Positions 1-7,439 of a stretch of DNA of 64,000 nucleotides are shown here, one piece after another (the stretch's first letter is position 1; each line of letters starts with the position of its first letter). This stretch comes from Ardenticatena sp. (GTDB lineage: Bacteria; Chloroflexota; Anaerolineae; Ardenticatenales; Ardenticatenaceae). The DNA lies in contig WFOS01000076.1 in assembly GCA_015487975.1 (NCBI GenBank), positions 11,091-75,090 on the forward strand, read 5' to 3'. Made by a program: the position numbers and the translations under genes. The notes below the pieces were generated by a model. That model saw only the letters and a list, made by a program, of their open reading frames with translations. It did not search any database and was not told the DNA's origin.

Positions 1-286
1 CGCTCAACGGCGAAAGGCGAAACGTGCCATCGCCAAGGTTCTCGTAGAGCCGATTGGGGGCAGCCGGATCGGTGAGGTAGAGGTCGAGATCGCCATCGTT
101 GTCGTAGTCGCCCCACGCCTGTCCGGTGGTGCGGAGTGCCCCACTGTGGGGCATCTCCAGATGCGCTTCGGCGTTGGCAGGGACGAAGCGTGGCATATCA
201 GCGGCAGCAAACAGACGGCTGGCCCACCACCATCTCCCTAGCACTAGCGCACACACCACCATTGCCCAACCAAGCCAGCGCCTCAT
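1..286 (-). CDS. FG-GAP/VCBS-repeat (CRTAC1/ASPIC-UnbV-like) exported protein, N-terminal fragment running off the window start
   Basis: Absent from the ORF track because it has no stop in the window. My codon-by-codon translation from ATG 286-284 gives MRRWLGWAMVVCALVLGRWWWASRLFAAADMPRFVPANAEAHLEMPHSGALRTTGQAWGDYDNDGDLDLYLTDPAAPNRLYENLGDGTFRLSPLS. It has an N-terminal hydrophobic anchor followed by the 'GDYDNDGDLDLY...NRLYxNxGDGTF' FG-GAP/VCBS repeat signature. Confidence 0.6.
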   Translation of the reverse strand, partial: MRRWLGWAMVVCALVLGRWWWASRLFAAADMPRFVPANAEAHLEMPHSGALRTTGQAWGDYDNDGDLDLYLTDPAAPNRLYENLGDGTFRLSPLS

Positions 287-310
287 GGCCACGTCCTTCG
301 TCATGGCACG

Positions 311-1147
311 TCATTGCGTCGACGAAGACGCACCGGTGGAATTTCCTTCCACGGCTGCTTTCGGGCGCATATCGTATCGCCCCAAGAGGTGATTCCAACG
401 TACCATTAGGACATCGCGGAAGAGACGCCACGAGTCGAGCAAGGGGTTGACTTTGCTCTCGCGCCCGTAGCGCCATGCAACTGGTACTTCCTTGACTTTG
501 TAGCCAAGTTGCAGCGCCAGGAAGAGGAGTTCCACATCGAAACCAGTCACCATGCTCCCCTTGACGGGGCCCTTGCTCCCATCGTGAATACGCAAGCGGG
601 GGAACAAATCGTGTACGGCTTCGCGGCGCATCGCTTTGAACCCGCACTGCGTATCTTGAATGCCTGGCACTGCCAGCAACTGCACCAGCAAGTTGAAGAC
701 GCGCCCCATCAAATGACGGTAGAAAGGTTCCCCCACACGTTGGTTCGGGCCTCCGCCTTCCCGCGACCCAATCACAATGTCATACGATTGCTCGAAATAA
801 GGGAAAAAGCGTTCGACCTCGTGAATTGGCGTCGACAGGTCGGCATCGCTGAACAGGACGATCTCACCGCGCGCCGCCAGCATGCCCGTGCGTACCGCAT
901 ACGCTTTGCCGTAATGCTCGTTCTCGATGATACGCACACGGGGGTCACCAGCAACAACCTCGCGAGCCCGCTCGACCGTGCGATCTTCCGAGCCATCATC
1001 CACCACGATGACTTCGGCCTCGAAGGGTTGCGTATCCAGGTACTCAAGCACACGCTTCAAGTTGGGCGGTAAGCGGCGCTCTTCGTTGTACGCCGGTATG
1101 ACAATCGAGAGAAACGGTTGCTCGGAAATGGGTTGCCTCCTCATCAT
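311..1147 (-). CDS. Family-2 glycosyltransferase (polyprenyl/dolichyl-phosphate hexosyltransferase-like)
   Basis: 278-aa ORF. 'FLSIVIPAYNEERRL', 'VIVVDDGSEDRT' and 'FSDADLS' (DXD) are GT-A/GT2 signatures. The start ATG 1147-1145 overlaps the upstream ORF's stop (ATGA). Confidence 0.9.
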   Translation of the reverse strand: MMRRQPISEQPFLSIVIPAYNEERRLPPNLKRVLEYLDTQPFEAEVIVVDDGSEDRTVERAREVVAGDPRVRIIENEHYGKAYAVRTGMLAARGEIVLFSDADLSTPIHEVERFFPYFEQSYDIVIGSREGGGPNQRVGEPFYRHLMGRVFNLLVQLLAVPGIQDTQCGFKAMRREAVHDLFPRLRIHDGSKGPVKGSMVTGFDVELLFLALQLGYKVKEVPVAWRYGRESKVNPLLDSWRLFRDVLMVRWNHLLGRYDMRPKAAVEGNSTGASSSTQ

Positions 1148-1716
1148 TGTATTCCGAAACGTTGCTTACATTCATCGTACAAATCGTCTATTCGAAGCAC
1201 CAAAGCCCGTTTTCGGGTTTCGTAAGGAAAAAGATAGACATCTTTCTCACACATTGTTACCTTATCATTACGCACTCTGGCTTTCCGTGAATTGTTTGTT
1301 GGTCCACCGATATACACACCAATGACACGATGTCGGGGCGAAAGCCGCAACGTTGTCCTTTGGTGATGCCGTTCTCCATCATCTGGTAAATTCGATTGCT
1401 GAGAACAACGACAAAAATGTTCAATCGTCGTACGCAATTGCCGTGCCGCACGCCCAACGTGCTCCAATGTATTTTTGATTTCGATCACCAAGACGAGATC
1501 CTCAACATCATCTTGTAGTCCACGGGCAACAACCAGGCCATCGGCAGAAGATGGTTGATTGGATAGTTCCTGGTATACAACCGCAAAATACCCATTACGT
1601 GCCACATCGATTTCGAAGGCATGAATCATATAGCGTTGAGAAGACACGACCTTGACGATATATTGATTTTCATCCCCAGAAAAGGAAGCTTCCTGCTTCG
1701 AAAATCCTTGTAACAT
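1144..1716 (-). CDS. Hypothetical 190-aa protein, possible PD-(D/E)xK-like nuclease; partner of the upstream ATPase
   Basis: ATG 1716 overlaps the ATPase stop (TAATG) and its own stop overlaps the GT2 start (ATGA). A purine-rich GGGAAGGG lies about 10 nt upstream. It is clearly AT-richer than the flanks: my hand count of 1141-1260 gives about 39% GC. '...SADGLVVARGLQDDVEDLVLVIEIKNT...' could be a D...E-x-K core. I recognise no family by eye. Confidence 0.6.
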   Translation of the reverse strand: MLQGFSKQEASFSGDENQYIVKVVSSQRYMIHAFEIDVARNGYFAVVYQELSNQPSSADGLVVARGLQDDVEDLVLVIEIKNTLEHVGRAARQLRTTIEHFCRCSQQSNLPDDGERHHQRTTLRLSPRHRVIGVYIGGPTNNSRKARVRNDKVTMCEKDVYLFPYETRKRALVLRIDDLYDECKQRFGIQ

Positions 1717-2942
1717 TATTTTTTCCCTTCCCCGCTATGAGCACTGGCATATGTCAGAATGCGCGACAATTGAATATCTTGCTCGTGCTGCGCCTGCCGC
1801 AAAACATCCTCTTCGATCCAATACATCCTTTGGCCTTTGGCATCCGTGAGAGGGGAAACAATCGATGTCACAGATCCATTTTCTGTCTTGTACACGGCAA
1901 CTTGTTCAGGCTTCAGACGGGTTTCTGGTGGTGGCAATGTCGCATCATCCACACTATCGGGTAAAAGAACCCCTGCCGCCAAAAGGTTATTGAATGCAAA
2001 CAAAAGATCGGCAGAATGCGTCGTAATGGTGATCGAAAATCCTCGATTGACGAGAAATGCCAAAGTCCATGCAATGGCCATCTGCGCTTCCGGATAGAGG
2101 TGAGACTCTGGCTCTTCTATGTGGATAGAAGAAGGTGGCGCTTGGGAAACGGTATCAAGAGCCTTTTGCCATTCGACGAGCATTTGGGCAACGACAATGA
2201 GAGGCCAACTTTGCATCTGTCCGGACGAGGCCAACTCGATATCCAAGCGCGTTGCTTCGGCATTGCGTGGACGCCATTGCCAAGTATTGGCATAGCGCCC
2301 TTTCCGCTCCAACGCAAAGTATCCTCGAAGTGCTTCCGCTGCCCATGCTTGGATACGTTGTGCTTCCTCACTCCGAAAAGGATACCAATCGTTGACACGC
2401 AAAAGATGCCGACCGAACTCACGCACCGTAATTGGAAGCGCACTATGCCCGAGCAACTGGGGATCCGTATTGATGAAACGAGAAAGGAACAAGCGTTCGG
2501 CGGGTATGAACAGCGCTCGTGAAGGGGGTTCGGCAGGATTGTCGCGCCATAGCGCAATCCAACGTTCTATTTCCTTTTGGAACTTCCCCAGCGGGCGCGC
2601 TCTATTGTTGACGTACATACTCACGGAACGCTCATGCTCGCCGATATACGTCCATGTCGTCGTTGCCTGAGCCAGAAAGACGCTCAATGCTCGCTGAGTC
2701 TTCTCACCCGCCCGCAAGTGGCGCAGAGTCACCGCCACAGTCGCATCGACATCTCGCGTTCCCCGCATTCGATAGAGCAAATTCTCAGCATCGCGAAAGA
2801 AATACAAGATCTCACTCAATAACGATTTTCCACTCCCCTGTGGCCCAACGAAAATCGTGAGTGGGCGAACATCTATGTGCAACGGCGCCTTGAATGGCCC
2901 AAATGTACCTTTTTCCAATCGCAACTGTTCTGACATGAACAT
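1716..2942 (-). CDS. ABC/SMC-type AAA_15/AAA_21-like ATPase (OLD/RecF-like family)
   Basis: ORF 1716..3038 trimmed to ATG 2942, which is preceded by GAGGAGACA. The longer form would overlap the GT2 stop at 3001. Motifs: Walker A 'GPQGSGKS', signature-like 'ASSGQMQ', Walker B 'IHIEEPESHLYP' and H-loop 'TTHS'. Confidence 0.8.
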   Translation of the reverse strand: MFMSEQLRLEKGTFGPFKAPLHIDVRPLTIFVGPQGSGKSLLSEILYFFRDAENLLYRMRGTRDVDATVAVTLRHLRAGEKTQRALSVFLAQATTTWTYIGEHERSVSMYVNNRARPLGKFQKEIERWIALWRDNPAEPPSRALFIPAERLFLSRFINTDPQLLGHSALPITVREFGRHLLRVNDWYPFRSEEAQRIQAWAAEALRGYFALERKGRYANTWQWRPRNAEATRLDIELASSGQMQSWPLIVVAQMLVEWQKALDTVSQAPPSSIHIEEPESHLYPEAQMAIAWTLAFLVNRGFSITITTHSADLLFAFNNLLAAGVLLPDSVDDATLPPPETRLKPEQVAVYKTENGSVTSIVSPLTDAKGQRMYWIEEDVLRQAQHEQDIQLSRILTYASAHSGEGKK

Positions 2943-3000
2943 TGTCTCCTCTTGCACACCACCTACATGCGCGGCAAGCATACTCGCCTGATAGGCACTG

Positions 3001-3945
3001 TCAACTGAATAGCGCTTCGATCTCTTCATCGCTGACACGTGCCGTCGCGTGAATTCGCCAGCGGTCTGGCACGTAGCGCGGCCAAGTCAATGCCCCCACC
3101 AGCATACCGCGCAAGCGTGCGCGTGCTGCAGCACCACGCCATGCTCGTAATGCCGCCCATGCGTGGCGTGCCTGGGCACGGGCAATGGCACGCCAATTGC
3201 GGTGCAGCGCCCGTGTGGGGAAGTTCTTGGTAATGACGTAGAACCAGTTGCGCCCGACGTAATAACTGGCAAAGGTGCCACCACCTGTGGCGCTGACTTT
3301 GTGGTACACCACAGCATCGGGCACGTAGATACAACGCCAGCCACGCCACTGCGCCCGAAACGCCAAATCGACATCTTCCAGATACGAACCAAGCCGCTGG
3401 TCGAACAGCCCGACATCGTCGAAGAGCGCACGCCGATAGAGTGCCGCCGCCCCACACGGGGCAAAGACATACTCTTCCTGGTCGAAGCGCCCATCGTCTG
3501 GTTGCCATACACCGCGGTTGCCGGGTTGCGCATCTCGGCTCATGGTGTCGCCGGCGGTGTGTAAGCGTGTGCGATCGTCCCACAGGCGAACTTTGCAGGC
3601 CGCCATACCCGCATCGGGGTGACGCAACAACCCCGCCACAAAGCGTTCCAGCCAGTCTGGTTCTTGCTCGGTATCGTTGTTCAGCAACGCGATGAGGTCG
3701 CCCCGTGCTGCCTGCACCCCTGCATTGAACGCTGCTACCACGCCACGATTGTGTGGAAATGCCACCACGCGCACCTGCGGCCAAGCCGTCGCCAGCCATT
3801 CAACCGAGCCATCGGTGCTCCCGTTGTCCACCACCACTACCTCGAAAGGGTGATAGGTTTGGGCAAAGAGCGAAGGGAGACAGGCTGCCAAGTGATGCTT
3901 TCCATTCCAGTTGGGGATGACGACGCTCACCAGTGGATTCGTCAT
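3001..3945 (-). CDS. Family-2 glycosyltransferase (rhamnosyltransferase-like)
   Basis: 'LVSVVIPNWNGKHHLAACLPSL...VVVVDNGSTDGS' and 'LLNNDTE' are GT2 signatures. Start set at ATG 3945, which overlaps the rfbD stop (ATGA), rather than the 3969 ORF start. Confidence 0.9.
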   Translation of the reverse strand: MTNPLVSVVIPNWNGKHHLAACLPSLFAQTYHPFEVVVVDNGSTDGSVEWLATAWPQVRVVAFPHNRGVVAAFNAGVQAARGDLIALLNNDTEQEPDWLERFVAGLLRHPDAGMAACKVRLWDDRTRLHTAGDTMSRDAQPGNRGVWQPDDGRFDQEEYVFAPCGAAALYRRALFDDVGLFDQRLGSYLEDVDLAFRAQWRGWRCIYVPDAVVYHKVSATGGGTFASYYVGRNWFYVITKNFPTRALHRNWRAIARAQARHAWAALRAWRGAAARARLRGMLVGALTWPRYVPDRWRIHATARVSDEEIEALFS

Positions 3946-4775
3946 ACCAGCCCCTCGGCACGCACCCATTCGAGCAAGCCTTCCTGCCAGTGGGGTAACC
4001 CCACACCAACCTGGCGAGCCGCAAGTGTGTGGAGTTCAGCCCGTTTGGGGACACGCGCCGGGCGCGGATAATGGTCGGTTGGTTCGAGGGGATAATCGGT
4101 GCGCCCAATCGCATTCAAAATGGCGCGTGCAAACGCAAAGCGCGTGGCGCATCCTTCGTTCACCAGGTGGTAAATGCCGAACGCTTCTGTCTGAATCAGC
4201 CGGGCAATCGCCTGTGCCAGATGCGGTGCATAGGTGGGATGCCCAGCCTCGTTCGTCACCATCCGCAGGAAAGGATGCTGCTCGGCGAGGTCGAGCACCT
4301 TGCGCGGGAAGTTGCGACCACCGGGGCCATACACCCAAGCGGTGCGAGCAATGTAGAAACGCGTGAGCAAATGGCGCACGAACCATTCGCCTGCCAGTTT
4401 GCTCGCGCCATACACGTTGAGCGGATTCGTGGGGTCCCATTCCCAATAGGGCGTTTCTTTCTCACCATCGTACACGTAATCGGTGCTAATGTAGCAGAGC
4501 GCCGCATTGACACGTTGTGCCAGCAACACCACATGCTGTGTGCCCAGTGCATTGACACGATACGCGGCGTCGGGATCGAGTTCGCACCCATCTACATTGG
4601 TCATGGCTGCCGCGTGAATGATGACGTCCGGTTCCCAATCGGCAAGTGCCAATACAGCACGGCGATCGCTCACATCCAGATCGGCATGAGCAAGTGGCAA
4701 TGTTTCGTGTTCGTCCAGTGCCTGCTGCAAAGCACGCCCCAATTGTCCATTGGCGCCAGTGATGAGGATACGCAT
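3942..4775 (-). CDS. rfbD: dTDP-4-dehydrorhamnose reductase
   Basis: 'MRILITGANGQLGRAL' Rossmann motif, 'STDYVYDG' and 'YGASKLAGE' (YxxxK) are typical RmlD motifs. ORF 3942..5108 trimmed to ATG 4775, which has a GGGGAG RBS. The 111-aa N-terminal extension has no protein-like character. Confidence 0.9.
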   Translation of the reverse strand: MRILITGANGQLGRALQQALDEHETLPLAHADLDVSDRRAVLALADWEPDVIIHAAAMTNVDGCELDPDAAYRVNALGTQHVVLLAQRVNAALCYISTDYVYDGEKETPYWEWDPTNPLNVYGASKLAGEWFVRHLLTRFYIARTAWVYGPGGRNFPRKVLDLAEQHPFLRMVTNEAGHPTYAPHLAQAIARLIQTEAFGIYHLVNEGCATRFAFARAILNAIGRTDYPLEPTDHYPRPARVPKRAELHTLAARQVGVGLPHWQEGLLEWVRAEGLV

Positions 4776-4924
4776 CCTGTTTCTCCCCTTCCTCGATTGC
4801 AACCCCAGATGATACGCAATTGATGAAATTGGTGAAACGGTGCGAAGGCCCCCCAAGGTGCACAACGTTTGGCACACGTCGCAGGCGGTGATACGATTAT
4901 TGTTGCCATCGTGAACGAGGAGAC

Positions 4925-6292
4925 ATGAGCAGAAAGATGAGCAAACAGAGGCAGGTACGCCACCGTTGCCCATTTTTGGGGGATGACACACGCCCCAAAC
5001 GTGGGCACCCCTACCCACATGATGCCCACCGCTGTTGGGCGAAAGGTACGCCTGCCACCATTCCACGCCGCCGTCAAGCGCAACACTGCCTGCGCGATGC
5101 TCACACACGTTGTCCCATCTTCACGGCGCTCATCCCACAGGAACAGATCTCCGTGCGCCCAGACACCGCCCCCACACAGGCGCTGATTGCCCTGTTGGAT
5201 GAACCGCCGCGACGGCGCCCACCATCGCGGCCACATGCCACCACGTCTACGCGAGCCACACATGGCCACCTGCTCCGCAAACTGCGAAGCCAGACCGCCG
5301 CGCATTCCAAAAGGACACGTCCGCACCCAACAGAACGCGCAACCGCTACGCACGCCACCCGTGCGACCATCGCGACGCGCCCCAGCACACGCCCCCAATA
5401 TGCCACACGCGCTGCGCGGCTCATGCCCGCCACACCAACCCCCTTGCCGCGCCGTCGTGCCTCGCTCTGGTTGTGGGGCTTTGCCATGACGCCGATGCTG
5501 GCGGCAATCGTCATTGCCGCGTTCATCATCATGCGCACCAGCGGGTCATCTGCGCCCAGCCCAGACGCGCTGGCCGTCGCCACGCCTTTCGCCAACAATG
5601 TCGCCCTGGCTGCCGTGCCGTCAAGCAGCCCCCCATCGCCCACGGCCACACCAGGCTCGTTCATCCCGCTTCTCGCCATCACCGACACCAACGCGCCACC
5701 ATTCGACCCGGTTGCCGAAGCTACCGTTGTCGCCCAAACCGAGCAGGAAAAATCGCAAACGGGCACCGACCAGCCCAATGCCCCCCTCATCGCCACTCCG
5801 GGGCCATTCCCACCACCGGCGACAAGCCCCCCCTCGCGACTCATCATCCCAGCCATCAACCTCGCCTCGCGCGTTGTGCCCGTTGGTACCTACTTGGTCC
5901 AGCAAGGCAACTATCTCGTGCGCTACTACCAGGTCGCAGAATACGCTGTCGGATGGCATGAAGATAGTGCCCTCCCCGGCGCACGCGGCAACACCGTCAT
6001 GGCCGGACACAACAACACCAAAGGCGAAGTATTCCGCGATTTATGGAAACTCGAACCGGGCGACATGGTCTACGTCGAAGCCGATGGACGCCTCTACGCC
6101 TACCAGGTGGCGCTCAAAAAAATCGTGCGCGAAGTCGGTGTGCCGCTCGAACAGCAATTCGAGAACGCCCGCTGGATTGCGCCCACGAACGATATCCGCC
6201 TCACACTCGTTTCGTGCTGGCCGTATGAAAGCAATACGCACCGTGTCATCATCGTCGCTGTCCCATTCGGCACCAACGTCGTCACGCAATAG
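4925..6292 (+). CDS. Sortase-family transpeptidase with an N-terminal cytoplasmic Cys/His-rich domain, a TM segment and a Pro-rich linker
   Basis: The C-terminal domain reads 'SRLIIPAINLASRVVP...NTVMAGHNNT...IRLTLVSCWP', with the sortase His and the TLxTC-type Cys. TM segment 'LWLWGFAMTPMLAAIVIAAFII'. A strong GAGGAGAC RBS sits directly before ATG 4925. The N-terminus reads 'CPFLGDDT...HRCW...QHCLRDAHTRCPIF'. An alternative shorter start is ATG 5423. Confidence 0.75.
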   Translation: MSRKMSKQRQVRHRCPFLGDDTRPKRGHPYPHDAHRCWAKGTPATIPRRRQAQHCLRDAHTRCPIFTALIPQEQISVRPDTAPTQALIALLDEPPRRRPPSRPHATTSTRATHGHLLRKLRSQTAAHSKRTRPHPTERATATHATRATIATRPSTRPQYATRAARLMPATPTPLPRRRASLWLWGFAMTPMLAAIVIAAFIIMRTSGSSAPSPDALAVATPFANNVALAAVPSSSPPSPTATPGSFIPLLAITDTNAPPFDPVAEATVVAQTEQEKSQTGTDQPNAPLIATPGPFPPPATSPPSRLIIPAINLASRVVPVGTYLVQQGNYLVRYYQVAEYAVGWHEDSALPGARGNTVMAGHNNTKGEVFRDLWKLEPGDMVYVEADGRLYAYQVALKKIVREVGVPLEQQFENARWIAPTNDIRLTLVSCWPYESNTHRVIIVAVPFGTNVVTQ

Positions 6293-6348
6293 CCGTCTCT
6301 TGCTCCTTCCCCACACTCCGCTACAATCCGCGCCACCATGAAGGAGCG

Positions 6349-7065
6349 ATGCCCATGCCTGGTCTAGACCATTCGCGGATCGACGCCATCCTTTTCGACC
6401 TCGACGGCACGTTGCTTGCCCTGCGCGGGGGCGAAAAAGGGGGCACACTCGCCACCTATCTGCGCCCATTCACCCCCATTTTGCCCGGGCGCAACCCCGA
6501 ACAATTCATGCGGCGTCTCTGGGTGCTCACCGAAACGCCCACCAACTACGTGCTCGCCATCCTCGACCGCCTGGGGCTGGACACCTGGCTCCGTCCGCTG
6601 GCCGACCGCGCCCGCCGCGCCAAAGGCATCGGCACGCTCGAGAATCTTGCGCCCATCGAAGGGGCGATGGAAACGGTACAGGCGCTCGCCTCCCGCTACC
6701 GCCTGGGCGTGCTGACCAACCGTGCCCGTCGCGAAACGTTCGCCTTTCTCGACCAAAGTGGCCTGCGCCCCTACTTCGGTGCAATTACCACACGCCAGGA
6801 TTTGTGGCGCTTCAAGCCGCACCCCCAAGCCGTGCGCCGCACTGCCCACCTGCTAAACGTTCCCCCCGAACGAGTGTTGATGGTGGGCGATATGCCCGTG
6901 GATATGGAAACCGCCCGCCGCGCTGGGGCACAAGCCGTTGGCGTCCTGACGGGCTTTGCGACCGCCGAAGAGCTGCACGCCGCTGGTGCCACCATCATTC
7001 TGCCATCGGTGTGCGATTTGCCCCCCATCTTGTTCGGCCAATCATCCCGCGAGGAACGACCATGA
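6349..7065 (+). CDS. HAD-superfamily hydrolase (phosphoglycolate phosphatase-like)
   Basis: 'ILFDLDGTLL' (DxDxT motif I), 'LGVLTNR' (motif II) and 'MVGDMPVDMETARRAG' (motif IV). AAGGAG RBS upstream. The stop overlaps the folB start (ATGA). Confidence 0.85.
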   Translation: MPMPGLDHSRIDAILFDLDGTLLALRGGEKGGTLATYLRPFTPILPGRNPEQFMRRLWVLTETPTNYVLAILDRLGLDTWLRPLADRARRAKGIGTLENLAPIEGAMETVQALASRYRLGVLTNRARRETFAFLDQSGLRPYFGAITTRQDLWRFKPHPQAVRRTAHLLNVPPERVLMVGDMPVDMETARRAGAQAVGVLTGFATAEELHAAGATIILPSVCDLPPILFGQSSREERP

Positions 7066-7439
7066 ACAACGACCGCATTCTCATCCGAGGGTTGGAATGC
7101 TACGCCGCCATCGGCGTGAGCGCTGCCGAACGTGAAGTCGGACAACGCTTGCAATTCAACGTCGATGTCTGGCTCGACCTGGCGCCCGCTGGGCACAGCG
7201 ACAAAATCACCGATACCGTCAGTTATGCCAGGCTGGCACGCGCCATCGTCGAAGTCGCACGCTGTAAGAACTACTCCCTGCTAGAACATCTGGCGGAAGA
7301 AGTCGCTGCGCACCTGCTCACCTCTTTCCCTATCGAAGCAGTGCGCGTCCAGGTGATGAAAACGCCGCCGCCTGTGGATTTGCGTATCGTTGCGGCTGGC
7401 GTCGAAATCGAACGTCGGCGAGGTGATTCGCATGGTTGA
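7062..7439 (+). CDS. folB: Dihydroneopterin aldolase
   Basis: 'ILIRGLECYAAIGVSAAEREVGQRLQFNVDVWLD...DKITDTVSYARLA' is the FolB pattern. ORF 6804..7439 trimmed to ATG 7062. Confidence 0.85.
   Translation: MNNDRILIRGLECYAAIGVSAAEREVGQRLQFNVDVWLDLAPAGHSDKITDTVSYARLARAIVEVARCKNYSLLEHLAEEVAAHLLTSFPIEAVRVQVMKTPPPVDLRIVAAGVEIERRRGDSHG

Noticed and set aside
1144-1716. A HEPN RNase assignment for the 190-aa ATPase partner, based on the Rx4H string 'RTTIEH'.
   Set aside because: A single short motif match is weak evidence. The N-terminal half looks beta-rich rather than all-alpha as in HEPN. It is kept only as an alternative to be tested alongside the equally tentative D...ExK reading.
4776-5108. 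N-terminal extensions offered by the ORF track: rfbD as 3942..5108, the LPATG protein as 31726..32685, the Calx-beta protein as 59819..62416, the ATPase as 1716..3038, plus tadC, folB, menG, cdd and others.
   Set aside because: In each case an internal ATG or GTG has a good Shine-Dalgarno sequence and coincides with the start of the recognisable domain or signal peptide. The extension either overlaps the upstream gene or has a non-protein-like composition.
4670-5859. Minus-strand ORFs 4670..5398 (242 aa) and 5101..5859 (252 aa) opposite the 5' half of the sortase gene.
   Set aside because: They have no motifs and a Gly/Arg/Ala-rich composition. The plus-strand frame has a strong RBS, a Cys-rich module, a TM helix and continues into the sortase domain. 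The low-complexity linker region (about 5200-5420) remains the least certain coding stretch.
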